Shown here one piece after another: positions 51,662-60,465 of a stretch of DNA of 64,000 bases. Within the stretch, counting starts at the first letter, position 1; each line of letters opens with the position of its first letter. This DNA is from an uncultured Verrucomicrobiae bacterium. GTDB lineage: Bacteria; Verrucomicrobiota; Verrucomicrobiia; Limisphaerales; Palsa-1400. The notes below the pieces were generated by a model. It saw only the letters and a list, made by a program, of their open reading frames with translations, searched no databases and was not told the origin of the DNA. The translations under genes were made by a program, and so were the position numbers. Location: NCBI GenBank assembly GCA_963702845.1, contig OY969763.1, positions 1,664,001 through 1,728,000 on the forward strand, written 5' to 3'.

Positions 51662-53052
51662 GTTCGGTTAAGGCGTATCTGATGGATGGGCGCAAGGCTG
51701 GGTGTCCGCGCGACCAGATGGAGAATTTTCTGAGGGCAGAGATTCACCTGCAAGCGCGGCAGTTGGCGGCGTCAGCGGCCGCGCGGTTTTGTGACCGGCG
51801 AGACGGGCCGACGGCGATCGGCTACGGCGGTGCGCGTGGCGGCGGCAAGTCGCATTGGTTGCTCGCGCAAATGGGCGCTGACGACTGTCAACGCGTGCCT
51901 GGGCTGAAGTGTTTGCTTCTGCGCAAGGTCGGTAAGGCAAACGTGGAGCATTTCGAAGATCTACGGCAACGGCTGTTTTCAAAACTGCCGCATGAATTTT
52001 CGGCGTATCGAGGCGTGCTCACGTTCGCGAATGGTTCGCGCATCATCGCCGGGCACTTTCAAAACGAGAAGGACATCGACGCGTATCTCGGTCTCGAATA
52101 CGACGTGATTGGGATCGAAGAAGCGACGACGTTGTCGTCGCGAAAGTATCAGGACATTTCGACGTGCTGCCGCACGAGCAAGCCGAACTGGCGGCCGAGG
52201 ATTTATTCGACGACGAATCCCGGAGGCGTCGGGCATCAATGGTATAAGGCAAAATACATCGTTCCGTTTCGCGACGGAAAGGAAACGGAGACGCGATTCA
52301 TTGCGGCGCGCGTGGCGGACAATCGTTACAACAATCCTGAGTATGTGCGGGTTTTGGAAGGGCTGCCAGCATGGCAACGGCGGCTTTGGTTGGATGGCGA
52401 TTGGGATGTGGCGGCGGGACAGTTCTTCACGACGTTCCGGCGCGAGGTGCATGTCATTGACGATTTCGATGATAAGCGGGCGCGGGAATGGTTCTGTGCG
52501 CTGGATTATGGTTTTAACCATTACACGGTCGTTTATCTCGGCTGCACGGATGGCGACGGGAATATGTTCGTTGTGGATGAACATGCGGAACGGCTTTGGT
52601 TGCCGCAACGGCATGCACTTGCGATCAAGGCGATGGTGCAACGGCGGACAATCGGAAATCGCAAATTGGAGGTTTCAGATTTGAAACGGTTCGTCGCCGG
52701 CGCGGATGTGTTCGGTCGACAGAGCGACGGCACCACGGTCGCGGCGCAGTATGCGCGCGAAGGAATCACGCTGCGTTGTGCGAACACGGATCGTGTGAAT
52801 GGTTGGGCTGAGATTTTGCATCGTCTGGGGGATGCCGACGCGAAGATCAAGCCGACTCTTTTTATTCATCGGCGATGCGCGCGGCTGATTGATTGTCTGC
52901 CGGCGCTGCAACGCGATCCGAATCGGCCGGAGGATGTGATGAAGGTGGATGCGGATGAAGGAGTCGGAGGCGATGACACCGCCGATGCGTTGCGTTACCT
53001 GGTCGCGACGAAGTCGCGCGTGGTTGTTCAACGGAAGTTGAGGGGGCTCTGA
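51658..53052 (+). CDS. Phage terminase large subunit
   Basis: YGGARGGGKS, IGIEEA, TTNPGG, LDYG, DDTADALRY. Confidence 0.92.
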   Translation: MSSVKAYLMDGRKAGCPRDQMENFLRAEIHLQARQLAASAAARFCDRRDGPTAIGYGGARGGGKSHWLLAQMGADDCQRVPGLKCLLLRKVGKANVEHFEDLRQRLFSKLPHEFSAYRGVLTFANGSRIIAGHFQNEKDIDAYLGLEYDVIGIEEATTLSSRKYQDISTCCRTSKPNWRPRIYSTTNPGGVGHQWYKAKYIVPFRDGKETETRFIAARVADNRYNNPEYVRVLEGLPAWQRRLWLDGDWDVAAGQFFTTFRREVHVIDDFDDKRAREWFCALDYGFNHYTVVYLGCTDGDGNMFVVDEHAERLWLPQRHALAIKAMVQRRTIGNRKLEVSDLKRFVAGADVFGRQSDGTTVAAQYAREGITLRCANTDRVNGWAEILHRLGDADAKIKPTLFIHRRCARLIDCLPALQRDPNRPEDVMKVDADEGVGGDDTADALRYLVATKSRVVVQRKLRGL

Positions 53053-53086
53053 AGAAAAAACTGAAGACTGAGGGACTGAGGACGGA

Positions 53087-53143
53087 GCGGCGGCGGGCCA
53101 CTGACTCGTGGATTGTAAACGCAGTCCCGACTCCTAGTTAGCT
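53087..53143 (-). repeat. Partial attC site
   Basis: GCGGCGGCGGGCCACTGACTCG.GGATTGTAAACGCAG as at 63878; R'' AGCTAAC. Confidence 0.65.
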
Positions 53144-53416
53144 AACTTTGTCATGAAATTTATGGCGCACGATATGGATAATGCCGCACGACACCAAGCA
53201 AAGTGTCCATGCGAAACACAATCCGGATGCTCCAAGGCATACGTAAGCAAACCCATTTACTCGCCACTCGGCAGCACGCCGCTGAGCCTCGGTTCTTTCG
53301 ACGACCTTACCGTCAGGCGTAATATATCTTTTCGCGGGGGAGTATGGCGCAAGCGCCATGGTCGCAAAAAAGAACAGCCCGATCGAAAGAACCAACCATC
53401 TTAATGGGCGTTTCAT
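53138..53416 (-). CDS. Cassette gene: two-TM protein
   Basis: Stop inside R''; follows attI-like site. Confidence 0.65.
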   Translation of the reverse strand: MKRPLRWLVLSIGLFFFATMALAPYSPAKRYITPDGKVVERTEAQRRAAEWRVNGFAYVCLGASGLCFAWTLCLVSCGIIHIVRHKFHDKVS

Positions 53417-53428
53417 CGCGTTTTGTGT

Positions 53429-53480
53429 GGCTAGCGGTTAATATACGACGATTGTTCGCATAATTCTGATAGGCGGACAA
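53429..53480 (-). other. attI-like site, type B
   Basis: TTGTCCGCCTATCAGAATTATGCGAACAATCGTCGTATATTAACC-GCTAGCC. Confidence 0.55.
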
Positions 53481-53509
53481 GACTGTTGTGCTGAGGCAGG
53501 CGCGAAAGT

Positions 53510-53570
53510 GCGGAGTCCAGAGGTTGCAAATCTCTGGCGTGGATGCGAGCCTCACTGGCCCCTGGAGGCG
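53510..53570 (+). repeat. Repeat X copy 1 (copy 2 at 54206-54269)
   Basis: GCGGAGTCCAGAGGTTGCAAATCTCTGGCGTGGA..TGCGAGCC.CAC.GGCC.CTGGAGGCG. Confidence 0.85.
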
Positions 53571-53656
53571 GCGAAGATGATGTAGCGGATGCGTTGCGGT
53601 ATTTGGTCGCGACGAAGTCGCGGGTGGTGGTTCAACGGAAGTTGAGGGGGTTGTGA
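53564..53656 (+). pseudogene. Diverged duplicate of the terminase 3' end
   Basis: GGGEDDVADALRYLVATKSRVVVQRKLRGL* versus GVGGDDTADALRYLVATKSRVVVQRKLRGL*. Confidence 0.9.
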
Positions 53657-53707
53657 CCGACAAGGTTGAAGGATGAAGGCCAAAGGATGAAGTTTTGGAA
53701 TCGAGGC

Positions 53708-53758
53708 TTGTTCTCGTATCGAAAATGTGCGAACGGTTGTCAGATATAAACGTTAGGC
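53708..53758 (+). other. attI-like site, type B, on + strand
   Basis: TTGTTCTCGTATCGAAAATGTGCGAACGGTTGTCAGATATAAAC-GTTAGGC, ending 12 bp before an ATG. Confidence 0.6.
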
Positions 53759-53770
53759 GTCTGCGACACC

Positions 53771-54142
53771 ATGAAAACATACGGAACACTACTCGCGATC
53801 TGCTGCGCCTCGGTGCTCACTCTGGTATCTGGTTGTGGGCAGAAGCCGAAAGATGCACTAGTGATGCAGCAGCAACAGGCCCAAGAAAGTATTGCGCAGT
53901 TTCGGCGAACTTTTGCAGAAAAGGATGCCACCGTCAAAGTGGGCACTACACTATCAAACGCTATAGTAGTCTTTGGGAAACCTATTGCCTTCACCAATGA
54001 TGACAGATCGGTGGAGGCGCACTTCGCGTTCATGCCTTACGGTTTATCCTATGTAAAATACGGCACTTTGACCAATGGGTTTACACTGCTTGTCTCAAAC
54101 GGCATTATCGTGCGAAAGGCTTATTCGTTCACAACGGACTGA
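53771..54142 (+). CDS. Cassette-type gene: lipoprotein
   Basis: VSGC lipobox. Confidence 0.7.
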   Translation: MKTYGTLLAICCASVLTLVSGCGQKPKDALVMQQQQAQESIAQFRRTFAEKDATVKVGTTLSNAIVVFGKPIAFTNDDRSVEAHFAFMPYGLSYVKYGTLTNGFTLLVSNGIIVRKAYSFTTD

Positions 54143-54324
54143 GTGCCGACTGATTGTGCACTACAGCAAATGACGGCGGGTTGTCGTTGAGTTTGGGTCG
54201 TTAAGGCGGAGTCCAGAGGTTGCAAATCTCTGGCGTGGAGGGTGCGAGCCGCACCGGCCACTGGAGGCGACGTGAGTCTCCAAAACGGATGGCTCGCGCC
54301 ACGGCGGACGCGAGGCAAAATGGG

Positions 54325-54714
54325 CTATCCGCGACTGGCCGCGCAGGTTTGCGGCTTGGCGTCGCGATCGGCGGTGTAGATGAGGGGTTGGCCGCAGGCG
54401 TGGCAGGTCTTCCAATAGGTGCCGGCGTCGCGATCTTTCTGACTGCGGCAATACCAACGGATGCCGCATTGGGCGTGTTCGTCTGGACTGCGGTATTTGT
54501 GCGCGCTGGCACGCTGGAAGCGGCGGTGGTTCTTGGCGATTTCTTCCTCTGCGTTGCGTTTCTCGCGCTGGATGTTGACGAGGATCTTCGCGGCCTGCTT
54601 GGCTTCGGTGCGAGCCGCACGTGCCTGCTGTTCGGCGGCGCGTTGGGCTTCGCACTTCGCGGCTTCGGCCGCAACGGCGACGGCTTCGAACGGCATGAGG
54701 GATTGTTGAGTCAT
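54325..54714 (-). CDS. Hypothetical protein with coiled coil and C-x5-C..CxxC
   Basis: CGIRWYC..CHACG. Confidence 0.6.
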   Translation of the reverse strand: MTQQSLMPFEAVAVAAEAAKCEAQRAAEQQARAARTEAKQAAKILVNIQREKRNAEEEIAKNHRRFQRASAHKYRSPDEHAQCGIRWYCRSQKDRDAGTYWKTCHACGQPLIYTADRDAKPQTCAASRG

Positions 54715-54759
54715 ACGCTGGAATGGCTCGCGCCCTGGGCGGACGCGAGCCAGGTGGGA

Positions 54760-55071
54760 CTATGCTGCTGCGGCTTCTACTTCGATGGGCGGATGTGCCT
54801 CATTAATGAGCTCAAGCTTTCGCTCGGCAGACATGACACGCGCGAGAGAGGAAGCGCGGCGGAAGTCGTAGACACCGTAAACGGTGTTGATTGGCTGGCC
54901 GTTATCGTCTCCGACATAGACTGACCAACGCTGCACGGCTGTGCCGGTTTTGTCTTTGGTTTGTTCCGGTCCGCGAAAGAAGACTGCTCTGAATGTCTGA
55001 CTACCTTGCTGTGCGATCCGGTTCATGAGCCCTGGCGTTTCTGTGTTTTGATTTTGTGTATTTGTTTTCAT
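54760..55071 (-). CDS. Hypothetical protein
   Basis: A-rich leader before ATG 55071; co-oriented with 54325-54714. Confidence 0.6.
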   Translation of the reverse strand: MKTNTQNQNTETPGLMNRIAQQGSQTFRAVFFRGPEQTKDKTGTAVQRWSVYVGDDNGQPINTVYGVYDFRRASSLARVMSAERKLELINEAHPPIEVEAAAA

Positions 55072-55361
55072 GTTCTTTTTTTTGACTGCTCTGCTGTGCG
55101 CTCTCGGACTGTCGCCCTTCATCCGAAAGAGGCCGCGCGGGCAGGCGGGCAGTGGAAGTAGTCTTCAGAAGGCGCCACGTTGTCCCCTGACGAAAAGCGG
55201 CCCGGTGAGGGCGATGGTCGAGTGGCTAGCAGAGGGTTAAAAGGAACCAGACGGTGTCTGGACTCACTTTTTCTGGACTTAATTAGGGCTCAGGGGAATG
55301 CCAAGCGGCAACTGAGCGTGGCAACAAATCGCAGAAAGAGTGCGCAGCGAGGGCGGATTTC

Positions 55362-55643
55362 TTATCGTCCGGAAGCGATGGTGATCGCAGAGGCGACAAT
55401 CGCCGTGACGGCGAAGGCGAGAAAACACCATCCAATTACTCTAATCCGAGGGCCAACCAGCATTTGTTTGGGTTCGTGTTTGAGGCTGAACCAAAAGCAG
55501 ATGGGACCAAGCAAAGCAGGAACGAGTCTGTACCATCCGCCGACTGAAGTACAAACGAGGAAAAGGACAATTAGGACTAAGCTAAGAAGCGTCCATCGCT
55601 TGTTGGTCAGAGTCACAGGAACAGAATATCGTAACTGTTTCAA
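55362..55643 (-). CDS. Small three-TM protein
   Basis: Hydrophobic ORF between fold-back elements; start uncertain. Confidence 0.45.
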   Translation of the reverse strand: MKQLRYSVPVTLTNKRWTLLSLVLIVLFLVCTSVGGWYRLVPALLGPICFWFSLKHEPKQMLVGPRIRVIGWCFLAFAVTAIVASAITIASGR

Positions 55644-55688
55644 AGGTGAAAGCGTGAAAGCGGAGCGAGCGACTGCAGCTGAGTCTTA

Positions 55689-56073
55689 GCGACCCCGCCT
55701 GTTTGCGTTCACGCTGCGGAGTGAGGGCGTGGCGTGAAGAATGCAAAACGGATTGGCGCGCGCACTGCAGGCCGATGGCGGGGAAGATCGGCCGGCCGCA
55801 TGTGAGCGTGCCAAGCCGTTTTCCCTGCGTGGCATAAGGCAATATTGTGCGACAAATCCGGTTCGCATCAGTGGGTCTCGCGGGTCCCGCTGGTGCGATG
55901 CGTTATTTCGCAACGGATTTTCGTCACAATGTTTCTTATGTCTTAGCAGTGGTTCGCAAGGCAGACGCCCAGACGCGCAGGTGCGAGCCGCACCGGCCAA
56001 GCCGAGTATCGTAGCGTCTGCCGGTTTCTTCATGCCACGCTAGAACGGAGCTTAGCAATTCTCGCGGGGTCGC
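55689..56073 (+). other. Large multibranch fold-back element (structured RNA or ssDNA signal)
   Basis: At least six nested helices with G-T wobbles on the + strand. Confidence 0.75.
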
Positions 56074-56546
56074 ATCGTGCGGTCTCGCGGTGGTCGCGAT
56101 CTCTGACGTGTGCGCGGAAGTCGAGGATGTCGCCGGCGTTCGATGGGTGTTAGCACACGGCCACTTGGGCGAACGGTAAGGCGATACCGCAGGCTTTTGC
56201 GCAGAGGTCAGACCAAATTTGGGAGCGTGCGCATGACTGCGACGCGGCGGAGGCCAGCGAGCTTGCGAGCGTTTCCGAAGCTAGTTGCAGTGATGCGTGA
56301 GCTCTTGGGAAATGCTTTGCCAGTCTCCATAAATTTGAAACGTCGGAACGGAGCGGCAACGGAAGAGCTGATCGGCGGAGTTGTTCGTCGATTGGCTCTG
56401 GAGTGTTAGCGGAGTGGAGCGTTTTTAATTTGTGGAGTCTGGCTCTTCGGGGCTGCGCAAGGGTGAGGACAACGACGGTGCTTGCACGATGGAGCGACAT
56501 CGGCAGCGACAGTCGAGTCGATGGCGTCACTCTTGTGCGGCAGGGG

Positions 56547-57104
56547 CTACTTGTGAAAGGCAGGGTTTTTTAGTTTGATTCGGCCAAGAACATTGGACCG
56601 GGCCATATTGTTCTCATTGTAAAATGACATTTCCAATGTCTCTTCGTTCGTTGGGCATTCTGGCCAGGTGATGGCAACGATGCCCGGATGGTTCAGCCAT
56701 CGCCAAGCATGCAATTTCCAAGCGGCCATTATTGTGTAGGGCTCCCCGGGATCCTGGACGGCACACCATGTCCGGCGAGAGCGATCGGGCTCGTATGGAT
56801 TTTCGCTGAACCAAAACACTGCCTCACCCGGGCCCGTATGGAATGGAATCGTATTCGTTTGCATGAAGAGTCGTGGGAAAACTTTCGAGCTCAAGAGGCT
56901 CAGCTTTTGCAAGGCGCGCTTTGCTGGGTTTTGGTTCAGCCACATTTGACTGCGGACGTCGTATGTCGCCTCTATTAGTTTGAGCGTCGGTCCGTTAGGG
57001 ATCGTGATCGTTACCTGGTTAAGTTGAGTTAACCACAACAGAGCAGCGATTCCCACGGCGAGGGCGCAAATAGCCACCAGAGTAAATTGGGTTTTGCGCC
57101 GCAT
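56547..57104 (-). CDS. Hypothetical membrane-anchored protein
   Basis: N-terminal TM; 185 aa. Confidence 0.6.
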   Translation of the reverse strand: MRRKTQFTLVAICALAVGIAALLWLTQLNQVTITIPNGPTLKLIEATYDVRSQMWLNQNPAKRALQKLSLLSSKVFPRLFMQTNTIPFHTGPGEAVFWFSENPYEPDRSRRTWCAVQDPGEPYTIMAAWKLHAWRWLNHPGIVAITWPECPTNEETLEMSFYNENNMARSNVLGRIKLKNPAFHK

Positions 57105-57718
57105 GAAAGGAGGTTGGCAGAACAGGGAAAGAGTTCAAGCCGGTGACTAGGTTTAGTCGGAGAACTGAGATTTGAAACGGCTAAGCAGTGAATCGCCTTA
57201 GCGATTCGACTGCGTGCCAGAGTAACCCAGCGTCGGGGTTGGTGGTGTCTTTGGGCGTCTTTGTCTTTGGGGCGAGCCGGTAGGCGAGGCGGTTGTCTTT
57301 ACGGGTTCGCGTTGGCGCGCGTTCCCTAGCGGGGGAGGGGGCGAAGTGTTGCTAGCTATTCCGAGCGCGCCTGCCCCCTCCCCCAGCAGCCCGCGTCGAC
57401 CGCGATTAGCGGAACTGCGACGTGGTCTGGGGGAGGGGGCGCGGGGGCGGGAGCGGGGAGCGCGCGAGGGGGGCAATGCGCTGGTGCGCGAGGGGGAAAA
57501 TGGGCGGGTGCCGCCGGCGTGCGGCGGGGAAATCAAGGCGGCGAGAGACGCTGGATTATATGAGCAAAGCGAACCGATGTTGTCTTTGGTGGCGCTGTCG
57601 GACGGTTGAGGCGTTTGGTTTGGGTGGAGGGCTAACTGATGCCGAAGGTTCGTACCAGCTTGAGCGACTGGCGGCTGCGCTGCTCTGTGCGCGCGAGTCG
57701 CGCCTCCCTATGTGGAAA

Positions 57719-57752
57719 GCAGCGCAGATGACAGGCGCGCAACTGACTTTGT
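57719..57752. repeat. Identical 34-bp repeat (also 59670-59703, 62296-62329)
   Basis: GCAGCGCAGATGACAGGCGCGCAACTGACTTTGT. Confidence 0.9.
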
Positions 57753-57812
57753 CTTTGTGGGTCGTCGAGCTGCCAATAAGCGTTCGAATCACCGAGAGCG
57801 GACGCGAACGAT

Positions 57813-58382
57813 TCAGCTCACCGATGGTGGCGGCAAGATGTGCTCACGAGTTGTGCGCCAGAGCTGGCGAAGCACTGGCCACGCACCGCAGGCGACAATG
57901 GCAATACCCGACACTAGGATTACACCGGCCATGTGCAGCCGCCCCGGCTCCAAGGTGCGTCCGGCTGTGTCAAAGCCTCTATAAGCGATCAGACTGCCGG
58001 CCAGGATAGCTATCCGCTGAAAGAAAGCGAATCGACAGAGCACGAGGGCTATCAATGGGACGCAGGTGAAAATGAGAATGCTGGATATTTCCCAATAGGA
58101 TGGAACCCAGCAGGCGTCCATGTAGCCGCAAATAAGATAGGTCGTAAATAGAAACAGAAGAATCGATATTGCCCTCCGAGCAATACCCATGCGGGGAAGA
58201 TCACGCCATCCCAAGGCGAATGCTACAAAATAGGCGATTCCCCCGGAAACCATCTCAATCGATGCGAAGTCCTCCATACCGCGGTAAGCGGCACGAAAGA
58301 AGAGAGCCTGCGACCAAGTCCCAGCGGCAAAGACGAAAAGCGTGGTTGAGTGCCAGAGCCGCTGTTGTGCTTTAGATTGCAT
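57813..58382 (-). CDS. Cassette gene: multi-TM protein
   Basis: Follows attC R' GTTAAAT; runs into an attC right arm. Confidence 0.65.
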   Translation of the reverse strand: MQSKAQQRLWHSTTLFVFAAGTWSQALFFRAAYRGMEDFASIEMVSGGIAYFVAFALGWRDLPRMGIARRAISILLFLFTTYLICGYMDACWVPSYWEISSILIFTCVPLIALVLCRFAFFQRIAILAGSLIAYRGFDTAGRTLEPGRLHMAGVILVSGIAIVACGAWPVLRQLWRTTREHILPPPSVS

Positions 58383-58392
58383 TCGTGTCCGC

Positions 58393-58488
58393 ATTTAACG
58401 ACAAGCTGAGCCGCGCCGGACCAAACACCGTGAACCGCGAAGCGGAACTGTCGGCGCAACCGGCGTTGGCTCCAGTGCTGTGTTAGGG
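58393..58488 (-). repeat. attC site
   Basis: R'' CCCTAAC, arms CTGGAGCCAACGCCGG / CCGGCGCGGCTCAG, R' GTTAAAT. Confidence 0.88.
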
Positions 58489-58495
58489 CGCTTGG

Positions 58496-58909
58496 TCATT
58501 GTGGTGGCATCCTCTCAAGGATCTCGACACTCTTAACAATCCGACAAGCATCGTCAGAGTATGAAATTCTTGCTCGGTAATTCTGATAGCCACAACGTCG
58601 CGACGAGCCTTGCAGCCGATAAATCTTACCGCGTGGCTCATCGGATGCCTGCAAAGGTCCGACAATGTTGGAAAACATGATGTGACCGCAATTGTCGCCA
58701 TGCGCTTTCTCGTAATCCCTCATCGCCCGCTTGTAAAATTCCACGTTCTTCTGAAACTGCCTCTCCGCATCGTCCAAACTCGCAATCGCCTGTCCTGCCT
58801 CTGAATTGCGGGAAACTCCAATCTTGGTGACGCCCGACTGGCAGCCAGTGATAACAACTGCGGCGGCGCAAAATGAAAGTAAGATGAACTTGTGGTGCGT
58901 GTTTGACAT
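58496..58909 (-). CDS. Cassette gene: lipoprotein
   Basis: ITGC lipobox; ATG 2 bp after GTTAGGC. Confidence 0.7.
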   Translation of the reverse strand: MSNTHHKFILLSFCAAAVVITGCQSGVTKIGVSRNSEAGQAIASLDDAERQFQKNVEFYKRAMRDYEKAHGDNCGHIMFSNIVGPLQASDEPRGKIYRLQGSSRRCGYQNYRARISYSDDACRIVKSVEILERMPPQ

Positions 58910-58911
58910 CG

Positions 58912-59161
58912 GCCTAACTCTGATTATGCGACACGCTGTCGCGGTCATTTTGATATACGAACGGTTGGTTCATATTGGTTGAGGAGATTATTGTTATGCT
59001 GGCGCTGCGAATCAAGCGCAACACAACGCGCTCGCGAGCACGGCGACGACATGCCGGAGATCCGCGATTGGAAGTGGAGTGCGTAGCGGCAGACCAACGA
59101 GGCGCTATTTATCAATTTAGCTCGGGAGGTTTCACACAGGCTCGCGACTTGTTAGGCGTCA
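58912..59161 (-). repeat. About 250-bp composite spacer ending in a type A attI-like site (58912-58974)
   Basis: Closely similar to 63131-63380; begins TGACGCCTAACAAGTCGCGAGCCTGTGTGAAACC. Confidence 0.85.
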
Positions 59162-59566
59162 TTGGAATTGGCCCGGTCCAAGCAGATAACGATAAAAGCC
59201 TGGATACTCACTGCGCAGCAGCGGAATGACGACAGCCGGAGCGTGAGTCCCACAATTAAACCTCTTCCTTTTCACGTAAACAATGGCGGAACGTGAATCT
59301 GACGAATCCAACTCAATGCGACCGCCCGAGTCGCGCATGTCCTGACTCAAATGCTCTGGTTCGTAGTCCAACATCACGAGCACTCTGCCGTCAGCCAACG
59401 TAAGGCGATTGCTCGACACAGACGTAATGGCAATCGAATTGGTGAGCGGATCGTTGTTGAGCGGGATGGGACGATAAAAACTGACGCCGACCGTGACTGC
59501 GAGGAAGGTGAAGAGAGTTACGATACCGACTGCGCCCCAAACCGTAACTCTGACGATGTGTTTCAT
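59159..59566 (-). CDS. Cassette gene: membrane-anchored protein
   Basis: N-terminal TM; stop abuts GCCTAAC. Confidence 0.65.
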   Translation of the reverse strand: MKHIVRVTVWGAVGIVTLFTFLAVTVGVSFYRPIPLNNDPLTNSIAITSVSSNRLTLADGRVLVMLDYEPEHLSQDMRDSGGRIELDSSDSRSAIVYVKRKRFNCGTHAPAVVIPLLRSEYPGFYRYLLGPGQFQ

Positions 59567-59569
59567 TAC

Positions 59570-59621
59570 GCGTAAGAATTAATCCGCGACAACAGTTCGC
59601 ATAGTTTTAATCCGCGAACAA
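59570..59621 (-). other. attI-like site, type B
   Basis: TTGTTCGCGGATTAAAACTATGCGAACTGTTGTCGCGGATTAATT-CTTACGC. Confidence 0.55.
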
Positions 59622-59729
59622 GGGTTTTTAGGGTCGAGGTTCAAAGTTCCGACGTTTCGTGTGGATAACGCAGCGCAGATGACAGGCGCGCAACTGACTT
59701 TGTTATTTAACCACTAACGGTGTTTGTGG

Positions 59730-60371
59730 TTATTTCGCAAGGAGCGGTTTCAGTGCGGCCTCGATTACGGCAAGGTCACGAGGGGTGGCTTCAATATACA
59801 AGGAGTTGATACCGTCAGCATAAAAGTGCGTTGCTGAGGACCAATCGATGTTTATGGTTTTCAGCCATTTGTTCAGATTGTCGTTGAAAGCAACATCGCG
59901 ATGTTTGCCGCCTTCCGGGAGCGAAAACCTTTGCAACAGGTACCTGACCTGTCGAGTCGAAATTCTTTCCACTGCAGTTCGCCGCTACTCGCGCTGTTTC
60001 GTTGTGTGCGCATTGCAAGCCACTTTCCGGTCGCAGCTGATTTCGGGGGGTCCGTCGGTAAGATATCTTCAGGGGCGGAGTAATTTTTTATACTCGCGTT
60101 CTTCACGAGCTGCGGCCCTGTTTCTGTAGTTAGCTTCTTTCACCAAATCCAGATAATACCCGGCGGCTTTGTTCTTTGGGTCAAGTTTCAACGCGAGTTT
60201 AAGGGATTCCGCAGCATCCGCTAACTTGCCCATCTCGTATTGCTGTTTACCTTTTAGGACCAGCGCTCGAAGGGGTTTGTCTTGAATCGGATTAGCAATG
60301 GCATTGGTGATTTCGGCCCGTGCAAAAATCGAAGTGAGGAAGAAAATGACCGCGAAACTCCACGTTTTCAT
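59730..60371 (-). pseudogene. Probable frameshifted secreted TPR protein
   Basis: Signal peptide + TPR to 60069; overlapping frames 59873-60106 and 59730-59972 appear to continue it. Confidence 0.4.
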
Positions 60372-60465
60372 TTTTCCAAGGGTGCCTGTCGCCGGCCGAA
60401 GAGTCAACGAGGCGGTTTGTTGGTGTGTCGCTGTCAGGTGCGCTTGTCGTCGATGTTGTTTTGTG

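Noticed and set aside
52960..53656. Diversity-generating retroelement VR/TR pair at the terL end
   Set aside because: Differences are mostly synonymous and not adenine-specific; no reverse transcriptase in the window.
54161..57609. Several Arg/Pro/Ala-rich ORFs over the structured and G-rich tracts
   Set aside because: Low complexity, no RBS or motifs; likely shadows of GC-rich non-coding DNA or real opposite-strand genes.
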